From positions 7,975,707 to 8,033,649 of the forward strand of contig NC_057756.1 in the NCBI RefSeq assembly GCF_004010195.1: a stretch of DNA of 57,943 bases, given 5' to 3'. Below, in pieces: positions 23,340 to 35,699 of this stretch. The DNA comes from Chiloscyllium plagiosum (Eukaryota). Each line of letters begins with the position of its first letter. Within the stretch, counting starts at the first letter, position 1. The notes below the pieces were generated by a model. It worked only from the letters and a program-made list of their open reading frames with translations. It ran no database searches and was not told the DNA's origin. A program made the position numbers and the translations under genes.

Positions 23340-25035
23340 TATTTCCCAGAGTTTTCCGGCAAGTTAGGGAAGTGATTGCTGGGTCCCTTGCTTAGATATT
23401 TGTATCGTCAATGGCTTGAAGACTGGAGAGTGGCTAATGTGGTGCCATCGGTTAAGAAACATGGTAAGGAAAAGCCAGGGAACTATAGACTGCTGAGCCT
23501 GACATCAGTGGTGAGTAAGTTGTTGGAAGTGCTTCTGACAGACATTATATATGAAAAGGCAAGGACTGATTAGGGACAATGAGGATAGCTTTGTGCATGC
23601 GAAATTGTGCCTCACTAACTCAATTGAGTTTTTTGAAGCAGATTCATAACAGCAGAGGGGTGGACATGTGGCCTTCAGTAAAGTGTTCGACAAAGTTACA
23701 CACAGTAGGCTGATTAGCAAAGTTGGAATCATATGGAATCCATAGAGAGCTAGCCATTTGGATTCAAAACTGGCTGTAAGGTAGAAGACACGGCTCATTG
23801 GATAGCACTGCTGCCTCACAGCACCAGGGTCCCAGGTTCGATTCTGGCCTCGGGAGACTGTCTGTGTGGAGTTTGCACATTCTCCCCATGTCTGCGTGGG
23901 TTTTGTCTGGGTGCTCCAGTTTTCTCCCGCAGTCAAAGATGTGCAGGTCAGATGAATTGGCCATGCTAAATTGCCCATAGTATTAGGTGCTTTAGTCAGA
24001 GGGAAATGGGTCTGGGTGGGTAACTCTTCAGAGGGTTGGTGTGGACTGGTTGGGCTGAAGGGCCTGTTTCCACACTTTAGGGAATCTAATCTAATTAAGA
24101 CAGAGAGTGGTGGTACAGGGTTGTTTATCAGACTGGAGGCCTGTGACCTGCGGTGTGCTTCAAGGATAGGTGCTAGGTCCATTCTTTTTATCACTTATAT
24201 AAATTATTTGGTTGTGAATATAAGAGGTACGGTTAATACATTTGCAGATGACACTAAAATTGAAGGCGTAGTGGACACTGAAGATTATTTCAGAGTAAAA
24301 TGGTACCTTGATCCGATAGGCTGAGGACTGGCAGAAGGAGTTTAAATTAGGTGAATGTGAAGTGTTGCATTTTGACTAGGCAAATGAGGGCAGGACTTCT
24401 ACATTTAGTAGTGGGATCCTGGACAGTGTTGCCAGCCAAAGAGACCGTAGGGTGCAGGTTCACAATTCCTTGAAGGCAGAACAGGGCATTATTTTGGCCA
24501 CTTTTGGAATACTGCATCCACTTTTGGTCTCCCTGCTAGCGGAAGGATGTTGTGAAACTTGAAAGGGTGCAGAAAAGATTTATATGGATATGGCTGGGGT
24601 TGGAGGATTTGAGCTAGAGGGGGAAGCTGAATAGGGTGTGGCTATTTCCCTGGAGCATCAGAAACTGAAGGGTGACTTCATGGAGGTTTATAAATTCATG
24701 AGGGTCAAAAATATGGTGAATAGCCAAGGTCCTTTTTCCCCAAGGTCAGGGAGTCCAAAACCAGTTTTAAGGTGAGAGAGGGAAGATGTAAAAGGGACCT
24801 AAGGGGCAACTTAATTCCTCAGAGGGTGGTATATGTATAGAATGAGCTGCCAGAGGAAGTGATGGAGGTTGGTATAATTACATTTAAAAAGCATCTGGAT
24901 GGGTACGTGAATAGGAAAGGTTTAGTGGCCAAATGCTGGCAAATGGGGATAGATTAATTTAAGATGTCTAGTCAGCATGAATGAGTTGGACCAAACAATC
25001 TGTTTCCGTGCTGTACAAATCTGTGACTCTATGAT
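23340..25035 (+). mobile_element. CR1 LINE (RT and 3' end) interrupted by a SINE
   Basis: KPGNYRLLSLTSVV and FADDTKI motifs, ctctatga tail. Confidence 0.88.
23790..24097 (+). mobile_element. HE1-like tRNA-derived SINE
   Basis: tRNA-like head with ggttcgatt B box, conserved gtggagtttgcacattctcccc body and a CR1-like aatctaatct tail. Confidence 0.85.
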
Positions 25036-25479
25036 TGGCAGACTGAGATAGTGATGCATGGTTGCAGGTTCAGTACTGATGGGTGGTGCATTATGGAGGG
25101 TCAGTACTGATGCAGCGCTGCACTGACAGACAGTGAGTTCTGAGGGAGTGTTGCAGACTCAAATACTGTTTTGTATGCATAACTGTGAAGATATCTGTCT
25201 TGGGAGCAAAAATAAAAAGGCAGATATTGATCTGAATGGCGATAGATTGGAAAAGGGGAAGATGCAATGAGACCTGGGTGTGCCTGTACACCAGTCACTG
25301 TGAGTAAGCATTACAGGTTGCAGCAGGTGGTGCAGAGGCAAATGGAACGTTGGCTTCTGTAGCGAGAAGATTCCTGTACAATGATACAGCAGAGAAGATG
25401 GGCATTGTTCCCCCTTCATTCCTTTGCTGTCTCATTGAAAGTCCTCTCCTCACACCCTCATCTTTTCTTTCCTCAAGGT

Positions 25480-26020
25480 AAAAACAAAGACTGCAGATGC
25501 TGGAAACCAGACTGTAGATAGAGTGGTGCTGGAAAAGCACAGCAGCATCTGAGGAGCAGGAGAATTGACGTTTCGGGCAAAAGCCCTTCATCAGGGGTAG
25601 AGGCAGGGTGCCTGCAGAGTGGAGAGATAAATGAGAGAGGGGTGGGGGTGGGGAGAAAGTAGTATAGAGAAAAAAGGTGAGTGGGGGTGGGGATGGAGGT
25701 GATAAGTCAGAGAGGAGGGTGGGGAAAGGTAGCAAAGTGTACAATGGGTGAATGTAGGATGAAGGTGAAAGGTCAGAGAGGAGGGTGAAGTGGATAGGTG
25801 GAAAAGAAGATAGGCAGGTAGGACAGGTCATGAGGGTGGTGCTGAGCTGGAAGGCTGGAGCTGGGGTGAGGTGGGGGAAGGGGAAATGAGGGAACTGGTG
25901 AAATCCACATTGATGCCCTGGGGTTGAAGTGTTCTGAGGCGGAAGATGAGGCGTTCTTCCTCCAGGCGCCGGGTGGTGAGGGAACGGCGGTGGAGGAGGC
26001 CCAGGACCTGCATGTTTATT
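25480..26020 (-). mobile_element. Penelope-like 3' fragment with hammerhead motif
   Basis: RRLEEERLIFRLRTLQPQGINVDF. CTGATGAAGGGCTTTTGCCCGAAACGTC on the minus strand at 25567-25594. Confidence 0.85.
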
Positions 26021-27959
26021 CCCCTTCATGTAAGTATGCAACTGTCTTTTGAAATTCTTGTTGAATCTTCCTCCTAGCTGTTTTTGTTATTGCATTCCAG
26101 ATGACAACAAATCCCTGCATTAAATATTTTTCCCCCTCATATCATTTGGCTGTTCTGCTGGCCATCTTCAAAATGTGTTTTTTTTTTTGGTTTCTGACTT
26201 TCCTTCCTCTGGAAATAGCTCCTTGTTTTCTCTGTTAAGATCTGCCATGATTTCAAAAATGTCAACGATCTCACCTTTTAACAACCTGTGCACTAAGGAG
26301 AATAATTCTAACATCCCCTATCTCTCCACATGAACCAAACTTCCCCCATCCCTGGTACCATTCTGTTCAAACATCTTTCCAACCTCTCTAAGGACATGAT
26401 ATCCTTCCAGAAGTTGGACATAGAATCAGTCACAAAGTTCCATCTGCGATCGATCATAAAATTTATCCAGTATCTGGCAAAAAGAACTTTGCTTGTGTGC
26501 TCTTGAGTGTAAAATGCCACACTTTGTTTGGAACTATGAATTGAAAGAGATGTTGGACTTCAAAGCTGAAAAAAGGAACATTTTATAACTTGAACATTGT
26601 GTTCTCTGTTGAGCTGTGTTGGTACAATGTCACTTTTTGTAGCGGAAAGAAGGAGAATTCAGGGATGATTTTCACCATGAGTCTTTGAGTTCAGACAATT
26701 CTGCCTGAAAACATCCCTCTGTTTAAGCTGCAGAGTGCTTACATGTTCCCAGGGCCAGGACAGCACCAGAGGGAAAGAAGCACTCTCTCGCTCTTTTCCC
26801 CTTTTCTCCCTGAGTGGAAAAGGCAGGAAAACAAAAAGCTGAATATGTAGAATTCTCAAACGGATATCATTCTCGGTCCAAATGGTCAACCATCAAATCG
26901 ACGAATCATCTTTGCCACATGGCCGATGGCATGTCATCATTGCAAAAATCAAAATGACTGTGAGAAAATCATTCCCATGCTGTGCTCTGACAACTCATGT
27001 TCGATGTAAACAGCGTGTTATCTAAATCCACATTCCGGTTTCTTGCATCCGAGAGCTGATGAATGCAGGATAGAATGCTTCAGCATTTATGCAACTATCG
27101 AGCAATGATTATGCCTGTCCTACCCAACAATCTTTAAATAAGGGTCTGTCGATGTGGTAGAGTTGTGGGTGAAGACACACAAGAAGTGTGGGCCAGTTGG
27201 TCTGAATGGCCAATTTCCACACTCTGTAACCTCCATCGTTTACAGCAGGGGCCTCAAGATTAATTGTGTGACATCTTGCCTCAAGCAATGGCATTACACA
27301 CGATGACAGAAGAACTTCATTTTGGCAACATTTCGCCAAAAGCAGTAAATTCAACATACACGTTGTGTACATGTTGTATACATGCTCTCGCTCTCGCTCG
27401 CTCTCCCTCTCACACACACTCTCACACTCTCACTCAGCGTTCCTTCCAAGGCAGCTGGCATATAGAAGTACATACGTTTGTCTTAACTCTACAGGGACTT
27501 GGTGAGCACACACCTAAAGTACAGTGTACTGTTTTGACATCCTTATCTGAATTTCTTTACCTACCTGAGAGCATGATGCATTGAAAGGTCACAAGACTGA
27601 TAACTGGGATGAGCAGGTTGCCATATTAGAAGACATTGAGTAGACTGGGCCTGTATTCTCTGGGAGTTTAGAACAATGTGGGGTGATGACATTGAAACAT
27701 ATAAAGTTCTTGGAGCTTCACCAGCTGAACAGTTTAAAGTAAGACAGGAGTGCTTTCCAGTGTCCAACAGACATCTTCACCTTCCTCCAGCACTCCCCAT
27801 CCACTGGGACCTTTCCCTCTGGCCTCTTACCTACATTTGACCTTTTCATTGAGAACTGTCGACATGATATTGGTCACTTTAATTTCCCTTCCAGCCAACT
27901 CACCCATTCAATCCTATTTAACCCTGAACTGACTGCACCCTGTGTTCTCAGATCCAACC

Positions 27960-28810
27960 CTGGCTTTCTAATTGTGTTGACCCACAAGGGTGGTGCTGTT
28001 GTTGACTGGCTCACTGACCTTTACATTGCAAGCGCTAAATACCAGTTCTCAGACACCTCTCTCCATTTCCCCTTTGACAATGACCCCAATGTAGAACATC
28101 AATGTATTGTGTCCTCAGTGGTCACTAATCTCATTTTATCTGGTAATCTCCTCCCCAATTGCCTCCCAGCTCAGAGCCCACCCAACCAAGTCAGTTCTTT
28201 CACCTTCCCAAAATCCACAAACAGGGCTGTCTGGGCAAAGTCATTGCCTATGCTTGTTCCTGCCCCACAGAATTCATCTCTTTCTAACTCAACCGGACTT
28301 ATTCTCCCCTTGTTCAGTCCCTTCCCACTTCCATCCACAATTCCTCTGACGTGACTTTCAGAATTTTCACTTGTCTGACTCCAGGCTGCCTCCTCTTTAC
28401 CATGAGCATGCAATCCTTTTGCATGTCCGTCGTCCATCAGGATGGCCTCAGAGATCTCCGCTTCTTCCTGGAAAAAAAAGGCTTTATCCTGAAAAAAATT
28501 CTCTTTCACTCCTTTCACTTTCTTCAGGTCAGAGGGATGGCCACAGACTCCTGGTCCAGGTTTTTTCCTCTCACTTTGTGGGGTGTGTGGAACATTCCTT
28601 GCTCCAGTAGTATTCTGGCCCTTACCCACATCTCTTTCTCTGAGACATTGATGACATTGTTGGCACTACTTCCCTTTCTCGCCTGGAATTGGCAAAGATG
28701 ATCAATTTTGGTTACACTTTCCATCCTACCTAACCCTCTCCTGTTCCACCTCTGACTCCTCCCTTCCCTTTCTCGACATCTCTGCTTCTAATTCTGGGGA
28801 TAGGTTGGCT
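27960..28810 (+). mobile_element. Degenerate Penelope-like RT fragment
   Basis: Remnants resembling KGGAVV, LPKIHK, LLFTM and YIDD-like positions, heavily frameshifted. Confidence 0.6.
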
Positions 28811-28819
28811 ATCGTTACA

Positions 28820-29610
28820 CCAAGATCAGTCAAGGTCACCCCCAGGGGTCAGTCAGGCCTTCAGTCAGTGTCACCCCCAGGAGTCAGCAGGGAGCTCAGT
28901 TAGGGTCACTCCCTGGGTCAGCAGGGTCCAAGATCAGTCAGCTCCAGGCGTCAGCAGGGAGCTCAGCCTGGGTCACCCCCAAGGGTTAGCAAAGAGCTCA
29001 GGGTCATCCCCAGGAGTCAGCTGGGAGCTCAGTCAGAGTCAGGGTCACCCCCCCAGGGGTCAGCAGGGAGCTCAGTCAGGATCAACCCCCGGGGTCAGCA
29101 GGGAGCTCGGGGTCAGCAGGGAGCTCAGGGTCACCCTCAGGGGTCAGCTGGGAGCTCAGTCAGAGTCAGAGTCACCCCCCCAGGGGTCAGCAGGGAGCTC
29201 AGTCAGGGTCACCCCCCAGGGTCAGCAGGGAGCTCAGTCTGGGTCACCCCCAAGGGTTAGCAAAGAGCTCAGGGTCACCCTCAGGGGTCAGCTGGGAGCT
29301 CAGTCAGGGTCACCCCCCGGGGTCAGCAGGGAGCTCAGTCTGGGTCACCCCCAAGGGTTAGCAAAGAGCTCAGGGTCACCCTCAGGGGTCAGCTGGGAGC
29401 TCAGTCAGGGTCACCCCCCCGGGGTCAGCAGGGAGCTCGGGATCAGCAGGGAGCTCAGGGTCACCCTCAGGGGTCAGCTGGGAGCTCAGTCAGAGTCAGA
29501 GTCACCCCCCCAGGGGTCAGCAGGGAGCTCAGTCAGGGTCACCCCCCAGGGTCAGCAGGGAGCTCAGTCAGTGTCACCCCCAGGAGTCAGCTGGGACTCC
29601 AATCTGGGCC
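28820..29610. repeat. GC-rich minisatellite, ~36-bp unit CAGGGAGCTCAGTCAGGGTCACCCCCCAGGGGTCAG
   Basis: About 20 tandem variant units visible directly in the sequence. Confidence 0.92.
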
Positions 29611-30059
29611 CTCAGGAGAGGTAAAGGACTTGATTGTATGGGAGCTGAGTCTTCAGGAGAGAGGGGGCAGCAGTTGGTGAATTAGGAACCTGTGGGATAA
29701 ATGAACTTTCTCTATTTTTAGAAACAGCTTTGTAGCTGTTCTGCATCTCCTCCGCAAGTAACAATCCTGTGTCAATGTCACACCAACTTGGCTACTAACT
29801 TGGCTAGCCCTCCATCGGATATCTGAATTGCCCCTTTTCTCTCAAACCTGATGGGTTTATTATATTCCTTGAGATTTCAGTTCAAAATTAGGAATGTCTT
29901 TATCTGCCACTGACATTAATCTCTCTCACTCACTCTGTCTCTGCAACATTGCACTAACTCACATTCTCCATTTGTCCTTATCTTTCTACTTCAATCACTA
30001 TAATCTGTGACACTCACTTCTCTTTCAGCTTCTGCTGGTGCATTTCTATATCCTTATAT

Positions 30060-30600
30060 TGATTGGTTGGCTGTGGGCATTGCTGTCTGGTCCAGCATTT
30101 ATTGTCCATTCCTAATTGCCCCATTGACAAGGTGGTGGTGAGCTGCCAGTTTGAATCACTGCAGTCCATGTGCTGCAGGTAGACCCACAATGCCCCTTGG
30201 AAGGGAATTTTCATTTTCTGATCCAACAACACAGAAGGCTACACATGGGGTGGTGAGTGGCTTGGAGGGGAACTTGAAAGGAATGATGTTCTCAAGTCCC
30301 TGTTGTCCTTTGTCTTTTGCTGTCTAAGAATCTTTGACGAATTTCGGCAATGCATCATGTCGATAGTACACACTGCTGCTACTGAGTGTCGGTATTGGAG
30401 GCGGTGGACGTTTGTGAGTTTGGTGCCAAGCAAGTGGGCTGTTCTGTCCTGAATGGTATCAGGCTTCTTGAGTGTTGTTGGAGCGGCACTCGTCCAAGCA
30501 AAAGTGGAGTATTCCATCACATTCCTGACTTGTGCCTTGTTGATGGTGGACAGGCTTTGGGGAGTCAGGAGGTGAATTCCTCACTGCAGGAAGCCTGCAG
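30060..30600 (-). mobile_element. CR1/L2-clade LINE 3' fragment
   Basis: MEYSTFAWTSAAPTTLKKPDTIQ..A.LL. A similar copy on the + strand lies at 43850-44385. Confidence 0.7.
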
Positions 30601-30819
30601 AGTAACCTCCTGCCTCACTGTAACCTACAGGGGTATGGAAAAATGATGCATATTCAGGCTCATTTGCAGAACTCATTGTTTGTGGAATATTGCCAAGATG
30701 CAAATGCGTGTCTGTGAATTGTTTGTTTGTGCTTTCAAATCTTGCCTGAGATAAATAATCACATGGCCCATTTGTACAACCACTCTCATGTCTTCTGAAT
30801 GAAATTCAGCATTGATCAG

Positions 30820-30825
30820 TTTATT
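30820..30825 (-). terminator. Candidate polyadenylation signal of the LU-domain gene
   Basis: AATAAA on the minus strand, about 930 bp downstream of the stop codon. Confidence 0.4.
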
Positions 30826-31756
30826 GCGGAATATTCAATTAGAGTCCAGCGAAGTTTAACGATCAGCTTTCTGAATGTGATTTGCATTCAATAATTGTGT
30901 TACTTTAACATCTTGAAATTATCCTGAACTGTAAATCTCCAGGCAATCTCCTATGGGAATGATAAACAGAGCTGGTACACAGTTCAGAGAATGAACGCAC
31001 CACCACTACACCACCAACTTTCCCTCCCTGCCCCCAATCCACACCTCAATTCCTTGCATGAACCTCCAATATTTACAGCCCTGTGTCAGTACTGTCCCTC
31101 TGACAGTGTGGCACTCTCTCTGTGCTGACTCTCTGATGATGCAACATTTTCTCCACACTGTTCCTCTTACAGTATGCTGTTCTTCACTGTTGGTATCAGC
31201 CGACATATTCTATTCAACTTCCTGCAGTGCTACTCAAACCCACCATCCACTGAATCAGAGGCTTCAGTCACCAACTGAACCATGATCAACACAGGAGAAT
31301 GTCTGTAAATATTGTCAGAGGAACAGAGGAATGACTGACCTGGATTAAAGCCAAGGTACAAACATTATGGAAGGCTAAGTACAGAGAATCTGCAGGGATT
31401 CTAATCAACTGAAAGATGGAGACCCAAAAATAAAATTTTGTTTGAAACGAGAGAAGAAAGACATCCCCATGTTATATTAGTGATTCCAACAGATGATTCA
31501 TTGAGTCTTCAAGCAGCCATAACTGTGCTAGCTCAAGTGTGCTATGCAGCAAGTCCCACTCATCCCAAACCCTGTGAATTTTTCATGATAAAATGTTTCT
31601 CCAATTCTCCCTGTGTCAAGTTGAATCTGCATCCCTTGCCCTTTCAGGCAGCATGTTCCAGTTACACAACAACTCAGGAAAACCAAATTCTTCCCCTCTC
31701 TGACAGGATCATCTGCTAATCTCCCACAACGCAGCAGAATTCTCTCACACCCCTGA

Positions 31757-32166
31757 CTAAAACAAGTCCTGTACAAGGACAACTAATGGCAGGAGCAGAA
31801 AGGTCACTGTCTGTACTGTGCTGCCCCCTGAATCTGCGGGCATTGCTGTCTGTACTGTGCTGCCCCCTGAATCTGCGGGCATTGCTGTCTGTACTGTGCT
31901 GCCCCCTGAATCTGTGGGCATTGCTGTCTGTACTGTGCTGCCCCCTGAATCTGTGGGCATTGCCGTCTGTACTGTGCTGCCCCCTGAATCTGTGGGCATT
32001 GCTGTCTGTACTGTGCTGCCACCTGAATTCCTAAGGTTGCAGCCGTTGTCTTGGCAACAGTAGAAGTCTTGTTTTGGCTGCAGGTTGTAAAACTTCATGA
32101 CGTCTGAGTTTCTGCAGAAGCTCTCAGATGCACAGCCTTTAACGATTACATTGTGCTCTGGGAAAT
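31757..32166 (-). CDS. LU-domain gene exon 9: second half of LU4, 13-aa repeat stalk, GPI-signal-like tail
   Basis: ttttcag acceptor. Reads DFPEHNVIVKGCASESFC...FYCCQDNGCNLRN(SGGSTVQTAMP[T/A]D)x5 SGGSTVQTVTFLLLPLVVLVQDLF-stop. Confidence 0.9.
31808..32026 (-). repeat. Coding VNTR, 39-bp unit, about 5.6 copies
   Basis: Tandem ctgtctgtactgtgctgccccctgaatctg(c/t)gggcattg units. Confidence 0.95.
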
Positions 32167-32263
32167 CTGAAAAGAGGTAAAGTCGGTGTGAGGCGAATGA
32201 TACGTTGATGCTGCGTCAGTGTTACGTTGGGAGACAATTGATACGGTAAAACCCAAGACTCAC

Positions 32264-32398
32264 CTGTAGCTGAGTAGTGAAGACAGCGTGTCTGATGCCC
32301 GACACATTTCACCAAGTTCCTGCGATCTACGCAGCTCGTGTTCCTAAATGGCATGCATCCGTAACACTCCAGCCCATTATAGGTGGTGTTTATTTTTC
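32264..32398 (-). CDS. LU-domain gene exon 8: first half of LU4
   Basis: AG/GT flanks, phase 1-1. Reads GKINTTYNGLECYGCMPFRNTSCVDRRNLVKCVGHQTRCLHYSAT. Confidence 0.92.
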
Positions 32399-33203
32399 CT
32401 GAGCAACAGAAAAGAAAGGCACATGTCAGTTTCACTGTGCAATTTCCTCAATGCGTCCTTGTATCAAAAATCCTAAGGGAGCATCCTTTGTTGGAATCAT
32501 AAGGAAGTCATATTCATATTGGATAATAGCTGTCCAAATAGAGGTGAAGGCTAAGGGGAGCACTCAGGTGGATAAGGTCAGATGATGTAGCCATATTTGC
32601 ATTAGCCACAACAGCATCATTGTGAAAGTTCTAGTCTCCGTCATCAAAGCATGTAGAGGCACGGGAGAAGGTGAACTTGAGATTTCGAAGATTGCCTTCA
32701 GAAGCTATTGGATTTATCTGTAGATATCTGGTTCTCTTCTTTCTAAAAGGGAGCAAGCTAAGAGGGAATTCTGTTTATTTTCTCACATCAATGAAAGGTG
32801 TTGATAGGGTAGAGAAGGTGTGGGAGACACCAGACCCAAGGGCCATCAATATCAGAGACACAATAATCCAAGCAGGAATTTAGGAGAATCGTCCTTATTG
32901 AGGGACTAGGAGACTGTGGGCTTGTCACCTTTGAAAGTGGTATCATGTCAGTTTAAGTTGGAAGCTCCATTAAATCCATGGGGGAGAAAAGAATCTAAGA
33001 CTATAGCAATGGGGTGAGCTGAGGTGGGGGGAGGGTGTAGGGGGGGATGGAGGATGTCCATGTGGAGCATGAAAGCACCAGCGTGCAGCAGATGGACTGA
33101 ATGGCCTCTATCTTTGCGACAGATACTTTCACATTTTGACATGGACATAGCATGCTACCTTTGTGTGTGTGTGTATGTGTGTGTGTGTGTGTTTATGACC
33201 TAC

Positions 33204-33341
33204 CTGTGATTACTGTGTCATTGCAGAGCTCTGATTGGCAGCAGGACTCAGATGTTTCCACTGAGAATGTCCCAGCGTTAAAGGACAGATTGCCAGTACA
33301 GTTCCCACAACCACGAACGCCAAACTGTCTGATCGTCCCAC
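33204..33341 (-). CDS. LU-domain gene exon 7: second half of LU3
   Basis: AG/GT flanks, phase 1-1. Reads SGTIRQFGVRGCGNCTGNLSFNAGTFSVETSESCCQSELCNDTVIT. Not in the ORF track. Confidence 0.92.
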
Positions 33342-35094
33342 CTGTACAAACAGAGTCAGGCATTTAACTGAGACAAAACCCAGAGGAAGGATCATGCAGG
33401 CAGATGGCTGCCCTATTGTTCTGGCTGAAGTTCATTCCTGGAATATTGTACTTCCAATATTAAAGGCTTCCCTCCACGAGTCCCACCACTCATCCTGATC
33501 TCTGTAAACTCCCGCAGCCTCTCTACCCCTCCATACCTGTGTAACCTCATTCAGGCACTACATGCCTCCCTATTTCTGTAACATTCCCCAGTCTCTAGAC
33601 TCCTCCCTATCTGTTACTTCCTCCAGCCCCTAAACTTCTCTCTATCCCTTTCTCTGAACTTTCTCTGAAGATCTGAAACCTGAATACAGGTGGAGGTGAC
33701 TAGTTGTTATCAGGGATAACCATTTAACAGATGCTGTCAATAACCTAGGTGGCAACAAGATGGCTTCTCAAAACAAATAATGTAACAAAATGGCTTTTAG
33801 GCTGCAAACTGACAATTCTGCTAAAGCTGCATAAAATGGCTTTTCAGTTACTAACTGCTAATTCTGCTATAGCTGCATAAGTGATTAACCTCAGTCTGCT
33901 TCAATAGAGATTAGCAGACAATGTGCCTTTTAAGGCATAGAAATAACTCTATTGGCCATCCTAACTGACCTTCAGATGCAGGTGAAATGGTGCGGTTAGT
34001 GAGATAAGGGTGGTCTGAGTGTTGGAAAATATAGTTGGTTCCCAGGAAGTAACTGTCAAATAAAGCAGTATCGTGTAGTGATTGGTAATTGTTTGAATAT
34101 ACTATGTGATCATGGCCTGTACCCTTCATTAAGAAAAGTAGAGAAATGTCTTTGTGTTAAGCCATGTGTGCCGCTCCTCTGAGGAATACGGAAGTACACA
34201 ACTTCTGTGTTTCACAGCCGTATGAAGAAATAAAGAATGAAGTCTTAAAGACCTGGACTGATTGTGAGTGCTTATTGACCGATCACAGAACAGATGAACC
34301 CCCCCCCCCCCCCCCACCCCTCCAAACCACTCATGGGGGTCTAGATCTTTACCTCCAGCCCCAGCAAGCCTCAGAGGTCCCTCAGACCCTCCAGTTCTTT
34401 CCTTTTACCTTGTCCCCAATTCCCATCGCTCCACTTGTGGTAGCCATCTCTTCAGCTGCCTGGGGTCCCAAGGTCTAGGATTCCCACCAAAAACCTCTGC
34501 ACCTTCCTCCCTACCTCTGTCTCTTACTCTATCTCTGCACCTCCCTCTTTCTCTCACCTTTATCTCATTTAAGATGCTCCAAAGGTCCTTCATTTTCCAC
34601 ATTGCTCTCTGTGGCCGGTTGTAATATCTCCATTTCTTACTTGGTGTCAAACCAAGTATTATGTAATCATGTCAAATTCCTTCAAGGTGTTGCACTATGT
34701 TAAAGGTGTTTTATAAATGCAAGAGATTGGTGTTGGTACACTCCTTGATTGCTTCAAGACATTTATTCAAGTTATCCTCTAAGCCACTCACTATTCTGAC
34801 TTGAAAGTATATCGCTGTTTCTTCACTGTCATTTGGTCAAAATCCTGGAATTTCTCCCTATTGAATTGTGGGTCAACCCACAGCATGTGGACTACAAACG
34901 GTTCAAGAAGGCAGTACATCACGACCAGGGATGGGCAGTAAATGCTGGGCCAGTCAGTGACACTCGCGTCCCACAAATGAATGAATTAATTTTAAAAAGT
35001 GATGTATCCCAGAGTCAAACATATAAAGTATCAATGATTTAGACTGAAAGAATCTTCAGCTATTTGAAGCAGACTTTGTTCCTGGGTTACTTAC

Positions 35095-35199
35095 TAGTGT
35101 CTTCTTTGATCAAGATTGCTTTACAGTCTGAAGAGATGCATTGTATTGGAGTGGGTTCACAGCTTCCAGACGCACTGTCACAGGATTGACATTTTCGTC
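35095..35199 (-). CDS. LU-domain gene exon 6: first half of LU3
   Basis: AG/GTAAGT flanks, phase 1-1. Reads GRKCQSCDSASGSCEPTPIQCISSDCKAILIKEDT. It follows an 80-bp intron. Confidence 0.88.
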
Positions 35200-35279
35200 C
35201 TTCACAGGGAATGAAGACAGAATATTAGACGGAATGAATGTAGATTTCAGTTTCCCACCTACCCATGCTGTATTCGTAC

Positions 35280-35429
35280 CTGGGAGAGTTCTTTCATTGT
35301 TACACAGATTCCCTTCACAAAACTGGATGTCAGAAACCGTTTGTACTCCGAAAACCGATGATGATTTGACTAGCTGACGGGCACTCTCAGATACACATCC
35401 CTTGACGATAACCGAACTGTGTCCTCCAA
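35280..35429 (-). CDS. LU-domain gene exon 5: second half of LU2
   Basis: AG/GT flanks, phase 1-1. Reads VGGHSSVIVKGCVSESARQLVKSSSVFGVQTVSDIQFCEGNLCNNERTLP. Confidence 0.9.
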
Positions 35430-35699
35430 CTGTTGGTGATAGAAAGTTCCAGGTATTTTCAATTGAGCAATTGTATAATAACCTGTTCATTCCACTTGCT
35501 TGTTCCTGAAGCAAAACCACAACCAGCAGCAATCCTGGAAAAAGGTCTTTAGACTCAAACATGCATTTATATTCTTCTAAAGATAAAACAAAACAAGTTG
35601 CAAAGATTGGGACGAGACTTCAGGAGAAATTTGAATCCACACGTGAGATTTCTCCTCCACCTGTCCATGTCGGTGTCACTACCTCACTTCCTGCAACAT

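Noticed and set aside
23790..23860. tRNA genes at A/B-box-like sequences (also 7590, 44395, 47465)
   Set aside because: They are SINE heads that continue into SINE bodies and show no complete cloverleaf.
23505..26041. Longest ORFs in the track (229 aa and 248 aa) as host genes
   Set aside because: They are antisense or off-frame readings across CR1, SINE and Penelope sequence.
31786..32063. Repetitive ORFs on the + strand and in the alternative - frame
   Set aside because: Shadows of the 39-bp VNTR. Only the 31757-32098 frame continues the LU domain and ends in a hydrophobic tail.
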